Source of the DNA: Candidatus Woesearchaeota archaeon
GTDB lineage: Archaea > Nanobdellota > Nanobdellia > Woesearchaeales > SM23-78
DNA length: 64,000 nucleotides
Direction of reading: 5' to 3'
Assembly (NCBI GenBank): GCA_016935175.1
Contig: JAFGRK010000019.1
Location: forward strand, 6,037 to 70,036
Shown here: piece after piece, positions 61,359 through 64,000 of the stretch
How the letters are laid out: each line of letters starts with the position of its first letter
How positions within the stretch are numbered: position 1 is the first letter of the stretch
The notes under the pieces: model-generated
The model's database searches: none
What the model saw: only the letters and a program-made list of their open reading frames with translations
What the model was told of the DNA's origin: nothing
Program-made: the position numbers and the translations under genes

Positions 61359-63596
61359 CTATTCCTCATAATTCTTATCGGAAATCTCCCTTATCCTCTT
61401 AGCCTTCTTATCCCCTATGAGGTCCACTTGCCTTAGCTCCCCCTCACTGGCGTTTACCAGGTTTCTTATTGACTTGAATTTTTTCAGCAGCGGTTTAGCC
61501 AGCACGCTTCCTACCCCCGGGAAAGAGCTGACGATGTATTCCTGCAAGTCCTTGTCTGTGAGAGGCTTGAATGAGTGGAGGGATATGTCTTTTTTACTAG
61601 GGTCAGCTTCCCTTCTTGCTATCATGAGAAAGAGGCCTGTGGTTTCCCTTGCATTCTTGGTATGGACGAGGGGTATTCCGTAGCTGACGATGATTGTGGC
61701 TATCGCCCCCCTTATCGCATTGGGGTGTATTTTTCTCTGCGAGTAAATATCCTCTTCGCCCTCAATGACAACAATGGGCTTTTCGTATTTCCGCAAAGAT
61801 GCCAGCTGGGATAGCAGCCTCCCATCCACGATAGAATCAACAAAGTCCTTTACGGTCTTGTATTCTACAGCCACCCGCTCGCTCAGGAGGTAATCTGCAA
61901 CATCCAGCTTGGTAAGCTCAACCTTGACCCCCAGGTTAGAAAGCTCCTTGATTATGCCCGAGCCTTTTTCCCTGTGGTCAGCAAAGACTGATATGCTTGA
62001 ATAATCCCATTCAGACTTTCCTTGCTCAAAGAGCCTTTTCTGCTCTTCCTCTTTAGCTTCTGTTTGGATTTGATTGCCAAATGAGGCGGTCAGCCCTCTT
62101 TTTAACCCGTGTATTATCCTGTGCATCCTCTTTTCCTTGTTCATTGAAACCCAGAGATTGGACTCGTCCCTTGTTTTCTTGGTGACTAATATTATCACTC
62201 TGCCTTTTTCCTGCCTGCCAGTCCTTCCCCTTCTCTGGACAGTCCTGATGGCTGATGGCACGGGCTCATAGAATATCACTAAGTCCACCGCAGGTATGTC
62301 AAGCCCTTCTTCTGCGACACTCGTGGCTATCAGACAGTTGAAACCTCCACCCCTAAATTCTTCAAGTATCTGCTTTTGCTTTTTCTGGCTTAGACCGGTA
62401 TCCTTCTTCTTTGCTTGGCCAACAAATATTTTTGAATTGATTCCCAATGAGTCTATTACTTCCTTTAGGTTGCTGGTAGAATCCCTGTATTGGTTGAAAA
62501 TTATGATCTTTATATCTTGCTTCTGCTTTAGCTCCTCAACCAAGATCTGCCTGAGCTTTGTTATTTTGGGGTGCTCCATACCAGCTGCCAATAAGTTTCT
62601 TGTCATGATGAAGGCACTCCTGAAATTCAGGTCACGGACGAGGTTCTGCACTGCCTTAACCCTGGTCTTGTTGGCCTCATCCTCCAGCTTCAGGAAGTAC
62701 TCCATCAAAGGCTTGAGACCCTGCGTTTCCACCAGCTCAAGCGCGTGCTGCAATTTCAAGGCCTCTGCAAGCAAGCTCACGCCCCTCATGATGCTGAAAT
62801 CCTTCTCACCTGATGTCATCTTGGCATAAAGGGCCCTTTGAAGCTCCAGCAAGGCTGTCTTGCTATAGCTAGAAACATTCCCATACATCAACCCCAGCTT
62901 TTTTATGGCTTCTAGCTTTTCCTGAAAAGAATTCCTAAGGTATGCTCTTACTTGCTCAAAGTCTTTCGGCAACTCAACTTTCACCCATTCAACATCTATG
63001 TCCTTAACATAAGGCCGGACATCTGGGTCATCAAAAGACCTAATCTCAATCTCCTCTATGAATAGGTTCTTGCATACTTCCTTGATTTTTTGCTCATCAG
63101 AGCCTGGAGAGGCTGTCAATGCCAGTATCTTGGGGTGGTCAGCGCGCTTCATGTATTGCTTTGCCAGAAAGACATAGGCGTAGTCCCCGACTGCCCTGTG
63201 TGCCTCGTCAACAACTAGCAAGCTCACTTCCTTAAGCAAGATCCTGCTGGTTATGATGTCATTCTCCAAACCTTGTGGAGTGCTGACTATGATTGTGCTT
63301 TTCTTCCAGAGCTCTGCCCTCTTAGAGGGCCTTATCATGCCGGTGAAAACAGAAACATCCTCTTCGTGCACATCTAGATGCTTGCGCACGGAATCAGCGT
63401 GTTGGTCGCAAAGAGGCTTGGTCGGGGCTATTATAAGAATCCTGCTGCCAGGGTAATTATGCAGTCTGTTCGCAGCGAGCAAGACTGCAATGTTGGTTTT
63501 GCCAAGGCCTGTCGGTAATACCACCAGAGTATTTTTCTTGACAGCAGTGTCTAGTATAGTCTGCTGGTAAAGCCTTGGCTCAAAACCGCGAATCAT
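61359..63596 (-). CDS. hef: Hef helicase-nuclease (SF2 helicase + ERCC4/XPF nuclease + HhH2)
   Basis: It has Walker A PTGLGKT, DEAH (VVDEAH), helicase motif VI QRRGRTGR, ERCC4 ADHRE...VADY and a C-terminal HhH (FPGVGSVLAKPLL). Confidence 0.9.
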   Translation of the reverse strand: MIRGFEPRLYQQTILDTAVKKNTLVVLPTGLGKTNIAVLLAANRLHNYPGSRILIIAPTKPLCDQHADSVRKHLDVHEEDVSVFTGMIRPSKRAELWKKSTIIVSTPQGLENDIITSRILLKEVSLLVVDEAHRAVGDYAYVFLAKQYMKRADHPKILALTASPGSDEQKIKEVCKNLFIEEIEIRSFDDPDVRPYVKDIDVEWVKVELPKDFEQVRAYLRNSFQEKLEAIKKLGLMYGNVSSYSKTALLELQRALYAKMTSGEKDFSIMRGVSLLAEALKLQHALELVETQGLKPLMEYFLKLEDEANKTRVKAVQNLVRDLNFRSAFIMTRNLLAAGMEHPKITKLRQILVEELKQKQDIKIIIFNQYRDSTSNLKEVIDSLGINSKIFVGQAKKKDTGLSQKKQKQILEEFRGGGFNCLIATSVAEEGLDIPAVDLVIFYEPVPSAIRTVQRRGRTGRQEKGRVIILVTKKTRDESNLWVSMNKEKRMHRIIHGLKRGLTASFGNQIQTEAKEEEQKRLFEQGKSEWDYSSISVFADHREKGSGIIKELSNLGVKVELTKLDVADYLLSERVAVEYKTVKDFVDSIVDGRLLSQLASLRKYEKPIVVIEGEEDIYSQRKIHPNAIRGAIATIIVSYGIPLVHTKNARETTGLFLMIARREADPSKKDISLHSFKPLTDKDLQEYIVSSFPGVGSVLAKPLLKKFKSIRNLVNASEGELRQVDLIGDKKAKRIREISDKNYEE

Positions 63597-63724
63597 TTTG
63601 CAGGATAGCGGAATGATACCTGGTTTATAATGATAACGCTTTAATGATAACGCCTAAAAAAAACTCTAAATCAGAGGGTTTTTGTTAGAATAAAATAAAA
63701 AATAAAAGAAAAAGTTGGAAAACT

Positions 63725-63952
63725 TTACCTTCCTCGTGCCATCTTGGCCCTTGCGACATTGCCCTTCTTGTCAATGAAGTACAGGTAGCCGTAGTCTTTC
63801 TTGACCCCGACCTTGGCGACGACTTCTATTTTTCCTTTTGCTTTCTTTCGGCCTCGTGCCATCTTGGCCCTTGATACATTGCCCTTCTTGTCAATGAAGT
63901 AGAGCCATCCTTTCTCCTTTCTTATGTTTGTTTTTGCTACAACTTGTGCCAT
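63725..63952 (-). CDS. Small basic protein made of two ~40-aa repeats (KG.LYFIDKKGNV.RAKMARGR)
   Basis: There is an internal duplication with 48/50 nt identity between 63732-63781 and 63852-63901. The protein is highly basic. Confidence 0.5.
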   Translation of the reverse strand: MAQVVAKTNIRKEKGWLYFIDKKGNVSRAKMARGRKKAKGKIEVVAKVGVKKDYGYLYFIDKKGNVARAKMARGR

Positions 63953-64000
63953 TTAAAGGTCACCCCCTTAATCCTTTACGTCAAAGGATTTTTATGTTTA

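Overview
This is an archaeal chromosome segment with no rRNA genes, CRISPR arrays or recognisable IS/transposon genes. Gene content and style suggest a small-genome, DPANN-like archaeon: many K/E-rich protein tails, a fused primase, missing adk/cmk, and mostly leaderless TATA promoters. This assignment is inference, not a database result. The backbone is housekeeping. It includes endA, FEN1, Trm5, PAN, RFC small subunit, Pelota, PheS/PheT and Hef. A complete minus-strand L3-to-L15/secY ribosomal protein superoperon spans about 40.8-58.7 kb. Two intron-containing tRNAs are present: a tRNA-Val that appears to carry three introns and a tRNA-Leu with one. The most unusual region is an eight-gene minus-strand cluster at 24.3-33.8 kb. 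It encodes four paralogous lipobox proteins, a polytopic membrane protein, a signal-anchored pilin-like protein and two small Tyr-rich secreted proteins. I cannot place any of these in a named family, and I propose the cluster as a candidate uncharacterised cell-surface system. Other notable items:
- two paralogous GC-rich structured RNA candidates that show compensatory base changes
- a recurring CAAAAGC/GCTTTTG hairpin in tRNA introns and intergenic RNAs
- an ArmA/Rmt-type 16S rRNA methyltransferase homologue overlapping pelota
- an orphan glycyl-radical enzyme
- pervasive short tandem duplications in intergenic spacers
All calls come from reading the translations and sequence by eye. No searches were run.
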